NCBI GenBank assembly: GCA_963664305.2
Contig: CAXXLV010000002.1
Coordinates: forward strand, 192,001-256,000
DNA from: an uncultured Aliarcobacter sp.
GTDB lineage: Bacteria; Campylobacterota; Campylobacteria; Campylobacterales; Arcobacteraceae
Reading direction: 5' to 3'
DNA length: 64,000 nucleotides
Position numbers and translations under genes: made by a program. Positions 9,856 through 18,641 of this stretch are shown piece by piece. A model generated the notes under the pieces. It had not been told where the DNA came from and searched no databases. It was given only the letters and a program-made list of their open reading frames with translations. Each line of letters starts with the position of its first letter. The first letter of the stretch is position 1.

Positions 9856-11532
9856 TCATTCCTCAAAAATGTTAAATAATATAGATTTTAAATCGTTTTT
9901 CATTTCATCTGATAAAACTTTTTTTGTTGAATATAAATAGAATGGAACAGTATTTCTCATAGAATGTTTTAATCTTTTTCTCAAAGTTGATATTTCATCT
10001 ATATTTATAAGTTCTTCCCCATCATATAAGTAAAAGTCTTTTGCAATACCAAGTTTAAATGAAACTATTTGATATGCAAAATATAATTCTTCATTTTCAT
10101 ATTTTTTAATAAAATCATCTAAAGCAACTTGTAATTTTTCTAATCTATTTGCAGTTATAAATCCAAAACTCTCTCTAAATTTATATCTTTCAATAGTTGT
10201 AAAATCTAAAACTTTATAAAATTCATTTAGGTTTTTCCATGGACTTCTAAATCTTCGTTTTCCAAATAAAACCTCTTCAAAACAGTATAGATATTTTGTA
10301 TCTTCTTTTGTTTGAATCTCTTTATCTTTTATATCAAAATATCTGTTTTTAAACAATGAAATTAGCCAGTTTTCATCAAGCATAGAGATTGTATCAAGCT
10401 CTTTTTGTCTATTTTGATTTTTAAAATTCCAAAGCATTGAAATCGAATTTGAAAGTTTTTCATCTTCATTTATATCTTCAAAATATTTGCTAGCTAAATA
10501 TTGAACTACACTTTCAAGAAGTGTATCTGTTTTTGCAATACCGTGATTGAAGATTACTTTTTTATATAGATTAAATCTCATTTCAAGCATGTGTTCAATA
10601 TCAATTAAACTCATATCATAAAAACTTAAATAAAATTTTTCATCTTTTTCTACTAGAACAGCTTGTTTTGTAATTCTTATATGGTCATTTGGACCAGTTA
10701 TATAACCACTTGCTAACATATCACGATTTATATAATCAAGTCTATCTGCATCAACTGTACTATCTATAAAATTGTGTAATACTTTAAAATCAAAACCTTC
10801 ATAAAACTCTTCTTCAAGAATTAAAATAGCAAGTCTTTTGATTAGTTTTAAATACTCTTTTTCATAAGATTTTGAGATTAACTCTTCTAATTCATAATCA
10901 AATAGTAGTTTTAAAAGATTTTCTCCAATTGCTTCATGTAAAACTTCTTTTGAGTTTTTTGTAATCTCTTCATAATTTTGTTTGAAAACTACTTCCTTTT
11001 CCAGTAAAGCTTCTAGATTTTGCTCTTTTAGTTTGATTTTGTCATAAACTTTTTTTAAAGCATATTCAACTTGATGTGAAAATGGTAAATGACCAACATC
11101 ATGAAGTAGGGCAACTATCCTTAGAGTTTGTAAAAATATTGTATAAGTTGCTCTTTGTGATTTTGATTTTGTAGGAATTGTAAATTGATATAAAGCTTTA
11201 TTATCAAAATAATCCATATCATCAGAACTAAGTTTTAGATTTTCTTCAATTATTATTGAAACAATTACATTTTTTAGACTAGATAAAAAATCATTTTTTG
11301 TTTTTTTATCTGCATTAAGTAGTGCATTTTTAAACATAAATGATGCTAAATGCATAGTTCCTAAACTATGAATAAATCTTTTTGTTGTAATTGAGGGATA
11401 AGAAAAATATGCCAAAGCGTTTTGTGTGATGAATTGTAATCTATTTACTATTTTTGTTTGAAGGATTTTATCTTCAAGTTTTGTATATTCTATATGATTG
11501 TAAATAGTATCATTTATTAATCTATTTTGTAT
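9856..11532 (-). CDS. HD-domain phosphohydrolase (dNTP triphosphohydrolase-like); probable ATA start, 39 codons upstream of the ORF-track start
   Basis: Upstream in-frame INDTIYNHI...VNRLQFITQ; RFIHSLG, LLHDVGHLPFSH, DADRLDYINRD; AAGGA 6 nt before ATA. Confidence 0.8.
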   Translation of the reverse strand: MQNRLINDTIYNHIEYTKLEDKILQTKIVNRLQFITQNALAYFSYPSITTKRFIHSLGTMHLASFMFKNALLNADKKTKNDFLSSLKNVIVSIIIEENLKLSSDDMDYFDNKALYQFTIPTKSKSQRATYTIFLQTLRIVALLHDVGHLPFSHQVEYALKKVYDKIKLKEQNLEALLEKEVVFKQNYEEITKNSKEVLHEAIGENLLKLLFDYELEELISKSYEKEYLKLIKRLAILILEEEFYEGFDFKVLHNFIDSTVDADRLDYINRDMLASGYITGPNDHIRITKQAVLVEKDEKFYLSFYDMSLIDIEHMLEMRFNLYKKVIFNHGIAKTDTLLESVVQYLASKYFEDINEDEKLSNSISMLWNFKNQNRQKELDTISMLDENWLISLFKNRYFDIKDKEIQTKEDTKYLYCFEEVLFGKRRFRSPWKNLNEFYKVLDFTTIERYKFRESFGFITANRLEKLQVALDDFIKKYENEELYFAYQIVSFKLGIAKDFYLYDGEELINIDEISTLRKRLKHSMRNTVPFYLYSTKKVLSDEMKNDLKSILFNIFEE

Positions 11533-11609
11533 GATATATCCTTTTTATTTTATTATTATATTTTATTGTTTTAAACCTAAAAATTATGCAAAATTTTAAA
11601 TTGATGATA

Positions 11610-11624
11610 TAATAATCATTATCA
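11610..11624. promoter_or_regulatory. Fur-box-like 7-1-7 inverted repeat
   Basis: TAATAAT-C-ATTATCA, one mismatch to TGATAAT-N-ATTATCA, just upstream of a small Cys-rich ORF. Confidence 0.65.
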
Positions 11625-11638
11625 AAATAAGGTTTAAA

Positions 11639-11758
11639 ATGGAAGATATTGTAATTTATATCATTGTTGGAATTGCTGCAATTTATTTTATAAACAAACT
11701 ATTTGGAAAAAATGGCAGTTGCGGTTGTGGTGGCAAAGGTAATTGTTCTAAAAAATAG
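11639..11758 (+). CDS. 39-aa FeoB-associated-type Cys-rich membrane protein (not in the ORF track)
   Basis: MEDIVIYIIVGIAAIYFINKLFGKNGSCGCGGKGNCSKK: one TM helix then CGC...C; AAGG RBS. Confidence 0.75.
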   Translation: MEDIVIYIIVGIAAIYFINKLFGKNGSCGCGGKGNCSKK

Positions 11759-11764
11759 AGAAGT

Positions 11765-13144
11765 TTAATTCTCTACTTTTTTTTCAAAAATTCTTTCAGT
11801 AAATTGTGCAAATTTACCTCGAACTGCTTTTTCTAACTCAATAGCAAACATTTTAAGTTCAGGATGAGTTTCATTTGTTTGTTTTAAAAGAGTTGTTAAA
11901 CCATTGTTATATTTATTCAAATATAAGTTATCTATTTGTCTATTTGAACCAATAACTATTGCCATACAACTTTCATCAAGTCTTGAAAGTATTAATTGAG
12001 TTGTTTTTTCACTACTATTTTGCCATTCATCCATGATAACAATAGCACTACTTAAAGTTCTTCCTCTTGCTTCTCCAGGCCATAAAGTTTCGATACAATA
12101 TCTTGATTTCAATTCATCAATTTTTGATTCAATAGATTCTTGATTTTCTCTATTTTCACTTTTTTTAAGATGTTTTTTTGCAATAAACTCTAATGTATCT
12201 TGTAATGCCATATTATAAATTCTGAATTTTTCATCATTCCCTGATAAATATCCAATATCAGCACCTTTATCAAGAGATTCGATAGAATTTCTCACATATA
12301 CGATTTTATCATATAGTCCTAAATCAATCAGTCTCATAGAACTTACAACTGACATCAAAGTTTTTCCACTTCCAGCTTTTGCATCAATTACAAGTAAATC
12401 GTATAAGTTTGTCAAAATTGCTTTTGTAAAAAGTTTTTGTTTTATATTTACTGGTTTTACATTTAAAGCTTTAAAATCATTTTCTTTTAGAACATCAATT
12501 TTTCCATTTGTAATAATCGCATATTCTATATTTCCATCATTACTTTCAAAGCAATAAGAGAAGTTTTCCATTTCATAATCTTTATCAACAGCCGTGATAT
12601 CTTTATTTTCTAAACTATTAAATAAAGAAGAATCAAGTTCTATTTGTTTTACAAAATTAAAATTCGGAACAGTTGATTTATCATCATGTAGAGTTTCAGT
12701 TTTTATTCCTCTAAATAGTGCAAAAGTTCTTGCATATACATCAAGTGAAAGAAAAATAGTTTTATAACCTCTATAGTATTCTTGAGCGATAGAAGCTACT
12801 TCAATAATTCTTTTGTCATTTGATTCAGAAATATGAACTTGTTCTATTTGTGTATCATAAACATCTTTTGAGATAATATCAATATTAATTTCATCATTAA
12901 AAAGTTTCACAACTTTAAAACCTAATTTATAATCAACCTCTTTGATTTTCATCTTTGCAAGTAGTCTAGCAAATTCTCTTGAATAGTATCCCAGTTCATT
13001 AGTCAGTTTCTTTTTATCCTCTAATTCAAGAAGTACTGTTTCAGGGATAACAATATGGTTAGTTTTATTGTCTGATATTTTGTAGAGATTTTGAAGATTT
13101 TGTAAGATGATATTTGTATCTAATACATATACTTTTTCTTTCAT
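11765..13144 (-). CDS. PhoH-family protein with N-terminal PIN domain (PhoH2/YlaK-like)
   Basis: YVLDTNII, IPETVLLELE, NDKRII; AKAGSGKT, ARGRTL, IMDEWQN, GSNRQID. Confidence 0.88.
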   Translation of the reverse strand: MKEKVYVLDTNIILQNLQNLYKISDNKTNHIVIPETVLLELEDKKKLTNELGYYSREFARLLAKMKIKEVDYKLGFKVVKLFNDEINIDIISKDVYDTQIEQVHISESNDKRIIEVASIAQEYYRGYKTIFLSLDVYARTFALFRGIKTETLHDDKSTVPNFNFVKQIELDSSLFNSLENKDITAVDKDYEMENFSYCFESNDGNIEYAIITNGKIDVLKENDFKALNVKPVNIKQKLFTKAILTNLYDLLVIDAKAGSGKTLMSVVSSMRLIDLGLYDKIVYVRNSIESLDKGADIGYLSGNDEKFRIYNMALQDTLEFIAKKHLKKSENRENQESIESKIDELKSRYCIETLWPGEARGRTLSSAIVIMDEWQNSSEKTTQLILSRLDESCMAIVIGSNRQIDNLYLNKYNNGLTTLLKQTNETHPELKMFAIELEKAVRGKFAQFTERIFEKKVEN

Positions 13145-13150
13145 GATAAA

Positions 13151-13183
13151 ATTGTAACATAAAAGAATGACAATAAAGTTACA
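13151..13183 (-). promoter_or_regulatory. Extended -10 (TGtTACAAT) with a pho-box-like direct repeat 10 bp upstream
   Basis: Minus strand reads TGTAAC-tttat-TGTCAT-N10-TACAAT-N6-ATG. Confidence 0.45.
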
Positions 13184-13276
13184 TTTCTAGAATGTTTTTT
13201 ATTCAACAACTAAAATGTAATAAATAATTAAAAAGATTGTATAATAATTTAAAAATAAGTTAATTTAAGGACTCTT

Positions 13277-14965
13277 TTGAATTTTATAGCCGAAGACTAT
13301 TTACTATTGTTATTATTTGTGATTATCATTTATTTGTTATCTATTGTAAAAAATATGAGAACTTTAAAAAGAGAAAATCATATATTAAATCAGTATAAAG
13401 TGGCTGTAGAAGAGAGTAATATAGTTTCAAAAGCTGATTTAAAAGGTAATATAACTTATGTAAATGATAAATTTTGTGAAGTTACTTTGTATTCAAGAGA
13501 AGAGATTATTGGAAAACCTCACAACCTTTTAAAAGGTGAAAGTTCAAAAGAGGTTTTTAGAGATTTATGGGAGACTATAAGTAATAAAAAAACTTGGCAT
13601 GGAGTTTTAAGAAACAAAAGAAAAGATGGTGAATTCTATTATGTAAACATCACAATTATGCCAATTTTAGATGAAGACAATGAAATAATTGAATATATAG
13701 CAATAAGACATGAAATAACAGATTTAATACACAAATCAGTAGAACTTGAAAAAAGTTTGAGAGAAGATTTCCTAACTAAAGAAGGAAATAGATTTAAACT
13801 TTTAGAAGATATAAAAAAATCAAAAAAACCAGCTTTAGCACTATTAGATATCAGTAGCTTTGGTGAAATAAATGATTTTTATGGTTATGACGTTGGAGAT
13901 GAGGTTTTAAAATTTATTTCAAAAGTATTTAGAAAGTTTATGGGTAATAAATACTCTTTATATAGAATTTATTCTGATGAATTTGCAATTCTTGCAGATA
14001 ATGAGGATAGAGAACATTTTATAAGATTTATTAAATTTTTAATAGATTCAGTTTCTTCATCTCCTTTATTAATAAAAGGAAAAGAGATATATATTCAAAT
14101 GAATTATAGTATCTCTTTTGAAGAAAAAGAAACTTTGAAAAAAACTGCAAATATCATAAAAAGATTTACAAAAGTTAATAAAGATGTCCATATATATGAT
14201 AAAAAGTTGGAAATTGAGAAAATATATGAAAAAAATATTATGTGGACTACAAAATTAAAAAAAGCATTTGAAAATGATAAAATAGTTCCATATTATCAAC
14301 CAATTTTTAATATAAAAACAAACAAAATAGAAAAATATGAGGCTTTAGTTAGATTGATTGATGCTGAAGAAATAGCAATTTCTCCTTATTATTTTTTAGA
14401 TATTGCAAAAAAATCAAAACAATATTTAAAACTTACAAAACAAGTTATCAAAAAATCATTTGAATATTTTAAAGATAAAGATTATGAACTTTCATTAAAT
14501 CTTACATTTGAAGATATAAAAAGTAAGACAATATCTACATATATTTTGGATATGCTAGTTGAATATAATATTGCATCTAAAGTCGTATTTGAAATTGTTG
14601 AATCAGAAGGAATTGAAGATTTTACTCAAGTTAATATTTTCATTGACAAAGTTAGAAAACTTGGTTGTAAAATAGCTATTGATGATTTTGGTTCAGGGTA
14701 TTCAAACTTTGAATATTTGATTAAATTAAATGCAGATTATATAAAAATTGATGGTTCTTTAATAAAAGATATATTGATTAATAAAAACAATCAAGAGATA
14801 GTTATTCCAATAATAGATTTTGCTAAAAGACAAGGTTTTAAAACTATTGCAGAGTTTGTATCAAGTAAAGAAATTTTTGAAAAAGTAAAAGAGTTAGGAA
14901 TAGATTACGCTCAAGGTTATTATATCAGTGAGCCAAAACCTTTTATAAAAGAGGATAAAGCTTAA
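13277..14965 (+). CDS. PAS-degenerate GGDEF-EAL phosphodiesterase
   Basis: PAS GNITYVNDKF; RIYSDEF; YEALVR, DDFGSGYSNF, AEFV, QGY. Confidence 0.85.
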   Translation: MNFIAEDYLLLLLFVIIIYLLSIVKNMRTLKRENHILNQYKVAVEESNIVSKADLKGNITYVNDKFCEVTLYSREEIIGKPHNLLKGESSKEVFRDLWETISNKKTWHGVLRNKRKDGEFYYVNITIMPILDEDNEIIEYIAIRHEITDLIHKSVELEKSLREDFLTKEGNRFKLLEDIKKSKKPALALLDISSFGEINDFYGYDVGDEVLKFISKVFRKFMGNKYSLYRIYSDEFAILADNEDREHFIRFIKFLIDSVSSSPLLIKGKEIYIQMNYSISFEEKETLKKTANIIKRFTKVNKDVHIYDKKLEIEKIYEKNIMWTTKLKKAFENDKIVPYYQPIFNIKTNKIEKYEALVRLIDAEEIAISPYYFLDIAKKSKQYLKLTKQVIKKSFEYFKDKDYELSLNLTFEDIKSKTISTYILDMLVEYNIASKVVFEIVESEGIEDFTQVNIFIDKVRKLGCKIAIDDFGSGYSNFEYLIKLNADYIKIDGSLIKDILINKNNQEIVIPIIDFAKRQGFKTIAEFVSSKEIFEKVKELGIDYAQGYYISEPKPFIKEDKA

Positions 14966-14973
14966 GAAAAATC

Positions 14974-15483
14974 TTAAGCTTTAGATAGTTTTTTTAAAGA
15001 GTTAATCATTGCGATTGCACTCTCTTCATTTAGTGGTTTTTCATAAGTAGTTAAAATCTCTCTAGCTATTATAGTTGAACCTAAGTGTTGAAACATTATT
15101 CTCATAGCTTGAAGACCTTTTGCTCCTCCTCCACCACTGTGTGTTGCAAGACCAACGATTTTTTCATTGAAGGCATCTCTCCAATTTTTTGTTGCTCTTG
15201 AAGTCCATGCCATTGCATTATTTAATACAGGAGGCATAACTCCATTATATTCTGGTGCAACAATGATGAAAGCTTTTAATGCTAAGATTTTTGTTGCTAA
15301 ATCAAGTGCTGATTCTGGAATTCCATTTTCTTCCTCTTCAACTGTACTATATAATGGTAATCTTAAATCAACTAAATTTATTAAATCAACTTCAGACTCT
15401 TGGCTTAATGCTAATTCTTTAAGTTTTAAACCTAATTTTTGATTGTTATTAGAACTAGCTACTAATATTCCTATTTTTGTCAT
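14974..15483 (-). CDS. NADPH-dependent FMN reductase (flavodoxin-like)
   Basis: APEYNGVMPPVLNNA, SGGGGAKG. Confidence 0.85.
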   Translation of the reverse strand: MTKIGILVASSNNNQKLGLKLKELALSQESEVDLINLVDLRLPLYSTVEEEENGIPESALDLATKILALKAFIIVAPEYNGVMPPVLNNAMAWTSRATKNWRDAFNEKIVGLATHSGGGGAKGLQAMRIMFQHLGSTIIAREILTTYEKPLNEESAIAMINSLKKLSKA

Positions 15484-15659
15484 AATAATCCTTATAAAAT
15501 TTTTTAAAAAAAATATTATATCAAAGGATTACTTTTATCCTAGAAATTATTAAATAATGGGCTAAATATAGTATTTAAAATAAAATAATTGAATTGCTAA
15601 TTTTAGTAAAAATTGTTATAATGACCAGCTAAATGATTTTATAAATAAGAAATATAAAT

Positions 15660-17561
15660 ATGGAAATATCAAAAGAAAAACAGTTTTTAAAAATAATAAA
15701 ATTTATGCCTTCAATTTTTGTTATATTTTTTTCCATTTTTGTAATTTTATTTTTATATTTTGAAAATAAAAAAACTTTTAATGAAGAAAAAAAAGATATA
15801 GAAGAAAAATATATTTTAAAAAATAAAGAGAATATCAAAGAAGAGGTAACTCGTGTACACTCTTTTATAAAACAACTTCAAAAAAATACAGAACAAGAAC
15901 TTAAAAATAGTGTAAAAAATAGAGTTTATGAAGCCCATGGAATAGCTACAGGAATATATGAAAAATATAAAGATACAAAAACAAAAGAAGAAATATTTGA
16001 ATTAATAAAAATTGCACTAGGTGCTTTGAGATTTAATGATGGAAGAGGGTACTTTTTTATGGATGATGTTTATGGAAATAAACTTTTACATCCAATAGAT
16101 ACAAGTATTGAAGGTAAAAATTTTATAAATTATACTGATGCACGAGGTTATAAACTTTTTCAATCAATTGTAAATGTTATAAAAGAGAAAACTGAAAGAT
16201 TTGATGAATATTATTGGTATAAACCAAATAATAACGGACAAGTAGCAAGAAAAATATCTTTTTATAAATATTTTGAACCTTTAAATATGGCTATAGGTAC
16301 AGGTGAATATTTTGATGATTTTGAAAAAATGATTCAAAAAAAAGCTTTAGATTATATAAACATGATTAAATTTGGTAATTCAGGTTATATATTTGTATTA
16401 AATTATGATGGTGTGTATTTAAGTCATTTCACAAAAGATTATATTGGTAAAGATTATATTCAAAATAGTGGTATAGAAAATGCTAATAAAGTTGTACCAG
16501 ATATGATTGAAATAGCAAAAAAAGGAAATGGATTTTATTCATATGTTCAAAATAAAAAACCAACAACTAATTTACCAACTAAAAAAATTAGTTATATCCA
16601 AGGATTAGATGATTGGAAATGGTTAATTGGAACAGGTTTTTATGAAGATGATATAAATTCTGAGATTGCTGAGATAAAAAGAAAATTAGATGAAAAATTT
16701 GATAATTATATAAAAAATATATTGATTATAGGTTCTATATTAATAGTTTTATTATTGATTGTATCAAGATATGTCTCTTTATTTTTGGAAAATAAATTTA
16801 AACAATATAAAAAAGAGTTGGATAAAAAACAGTTAATCTTACATCAACAATCAAAAATGGCAGCAATGGGTGAAATGATTGGAAATATAGCCCACCAATG
16901 GAGACAACCTTTATCAACAATTACAACAGCTTCAAGTGGAATGGTTTTACAAAAAGAGATGGGAATTTTAACTGATGAATTTTTCTTTGAAGCTTCTAAA
17001 AAAATCAATACATCAGCTCAATATTTATCTCAAACAATAGATGATTTTAGAAACTTTTTTAGTCCAAATAGACAAAAAACAAAGTTTTATTTAAAAAATA
17101 CTTTTTCTACTACGTTAGATTTAATTTCTGCACAATTTAATGCAAAAGAGATTCATATAATAAAAAATATTGAAGATATAGAACTATTTAATTATGAAAA
17201 TGAATTAATACAAGCACTGATTAATATTTTAAATAATTCAAGAGATGAGTTATTAAAAAAAGAGAATGATAGATATATTTTTATTGATGTTTATAAAAAT
17301 AATAGAAATGAAGTGAATATTTTAGTAAAAGATAATGCAGGTGGAATCAAAGAAAATGTTATTGATAAAATTTTTGAACCATATTTTACAACAAAACATC
17401 AATCTCAAGGTACAGGAATAGGTCTTTATATGACAGAAGAGATTATAACAAAACATTTAAATGGAACAATAAATGTGAAAAATAAAGAATTTTCTTTTAA
17501 TGATAAAAAATATTTCGGAGCACAATTTAGAATAAAATTGAAATTATCAGAGGAAGAATAA
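15660..17561 (+). CDS. Cache-domain sensor histidine kinase
   Basis: Two Cache repeats (GYFF/GYIF...IGTGxY); IAHQWRQPL, DNAGGI, FEPYFTTK, GTGIGLYM. Confidence 0.9.
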   Translation: MEISKEKQFLKIIKFMPSIFVIFFSIFVILFLYFENKKTFNEEKKDIEEKYILKNKENIKEEVTRVHSFIKQLQKNTEQELKNSVKNRVYEAHGIATGIYEKYKDTKTKEEIFELIKIALGALRFNDGRGYFFMDDVYGNKLLHPIDTSIEGKNFINYTDARGYKLFQSIVNVIKEKTERFDEYYWYKPNNNGQVARKISFYKYFEPLNMAIGTGEYFDDFEKMIQKKALDYINMIKFGNSGYIFVLNYDGVYLSHFTKDYIGKDYIQNSGIENANKVVPDMIEIAKKGNGFYSYVQNKKPTTNLPTKKISYIQGLDDWKWLIGTGFYEDDINSEIAEIKRKLDEKFDNYIKNILIIGSILIVLLLIVSRYVSLFLENKFKQYKKELDKKQLILHQQSKMAAMGEMIGNIAHQWRQPLSTITTASSGMVLQKEMGILTDEFFFEASKKINTSAQYLSQTIDDFRNFFSPNRQKTKFYLKNTFSTTLDLISAQFNAKEIHIIKNIEDIELFNYENELIQALINILNNSRDELLKKENDRYIFIDVYKNNRNEVNILVKDNAGGIKENVIDKIFEPYFTTKHQSQGTGIGLYMTEEIITKHLNGTINVKNKEFSFNDKKYFGAQFRIKLKLSEEE

Positions 17562-17662
17562 TTTTTAATTAAATAAGTCATTTTTTATTCTTATTACTAT
17601 ATTTGAAAAGTTAAAATAAATGGTACACTTTTTGTATATTGAAAAATAAAAAGGGAAATCAT

Positions 17663-17992
17663 ATGGTTTGTAAATTTCAAGAAATAAGTGATTTTTTTCA
17701 TAAATACTCACAACTTTTAGAAGGAGTTGGAGAAGAAGAATTAAAAGAGTTATTGGATACATTTCCCCATGCCTGTAAATTTGTAAAAACACTTGATGAG
17801 GATATTGTTAATTGTGATGATTTAGAAGTCGTTTCACAAAAAACTTTAGAGTTACTTGATAATGCATTTGACCATGAATATACAAAAGATGATATTTTAA
17901 AATTTGCAGGTGTTACATGTAAGATATTTGATATTGTAGGTGCACCTAAACATCATGTTCCATTTATTTTAGTAATGTTATCGAAACTTTAA
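17663..17992 (+). CDS. Hypothetical protein (109 aa)
   Basis: ATG at 17663 after AAGGGA; no recognised motif. Confidence 0.6.
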   Translation: MVCKFQEISDFFHKYSQLLEGVGEEELKELLDTFPHACKFVKTLDEDIVNCDDLEVVSQKTLELLDNAFDHEYTKDDILKFAGVTCKIFDIVGAPKHHVPFILVMLSKL

Positions 17993-18070
17993 AAGTGAAA
18001 ATACTATTGATATTTTAAGATATTATTTGAGTGGTTTTGAAATTTTGTGATTAGAAATCTTGTAAAAAAG

Positions 18071-18157
18071 TGGTGCGAATGGTGAGAATCGAACTCACAC
18101 TCCGAAACCGGAACGGGATTTTAAGTCCCGCGCGTCTACCTATTCCGCCACACTCGC
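18071..18157 (-). tRNA. tRNA-Leu (TAA)
   Basis: GCGAGTGTGGCGGAATAGGTAGACGC...CTTAAAA...GTTCGATT...CACCA with long variable arm. Confidence 0.95.
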
Positions 18158-18183
18158 ACAGTGTGTATATAAAAATTCAAAAG

Positions 18184-18259
18184 TGGTGGTTCGAGACAGA
18201 ATCGAACTGTCGACACAAGGATTTTCAATCCTTTGCTCTACCGACTGAGCTATCGAACC
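18184..18259 (-). tRNA. tRNA-Phe (GAA)
   Basis: GGTTCGATAGCTCAGTCGGTAGAGC AAAGGATTGAAAATCCTT...GTTCGATT...ACCA. Confidence 0.95.
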
Positions 18260-18282
18260 CTTGTAGCTTTTGAATAAAAAAG

Positions 18283-18367
18283 TGGTGGTGAGAGAAGGAT
18301 TCGAACCTTCGAAGCCGTAGGCGGCGGATTTACAGTCCGCAGGATTTGACCACTCTCCAACCTCACC
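18283..18367 (-). tRNA. tRNA-Tyr (GTA)
   Basis: GGTGAGG...GCGGACTGTAAATCCGC...GGTTCGAATCC...ACCA. Confidence 0.95.
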
Positions 18368-18392
18368 ATCAATAATAAAACTTAAACTAATT

Positions 18393-18467
18393 TGGATGGG
18401 GTAGAAGGATTCGAACCTTCGAATGACGGTACCAAAAACCGTTGCCTTACCGCTTGGCGATACCCCA
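18393..18467 (-). tRNA. tRNA-Gln (TTG)
   Basis: TGGGGTATCGCCAAGCGGTAAGGC AACGGTTTTTGGTACCGT...GGTTCGAATCC...TCCA. Confidence 0.95.
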
Positions 18468-18477
18468 ATAATTTAAG

Positions 18478-18491
18478 TGGACGGAATTATA
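18478..18491 (-). promoter_or_regulatory. -10 box with GC-rich discriminator for the tRNA operon
   Basis: Minus strand TATAAT-TCCGTCCA, about 10 nt before tRNA-Gln. Confidence 0.55.
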
Positions 18492-18641
18492 TACTTTAAA
18501 TAATTAAAGTTAGCTAAAAAATTAATAATTAATAAAAAAATTTGAAAAACTTATAATTGAAAATAGCTTTACTAAAGAGAAAATTTTATGGTATTATTTT
18601 TTTTGATTAAATATTATTTTTAATCATTAAAAGGTGATGAC

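Noticed and set aside
18070..18273. 67-aa ORF on the + strand
   Set aside because: It is the antisense shadow of tRNA-Leu and tRNA-Phe.
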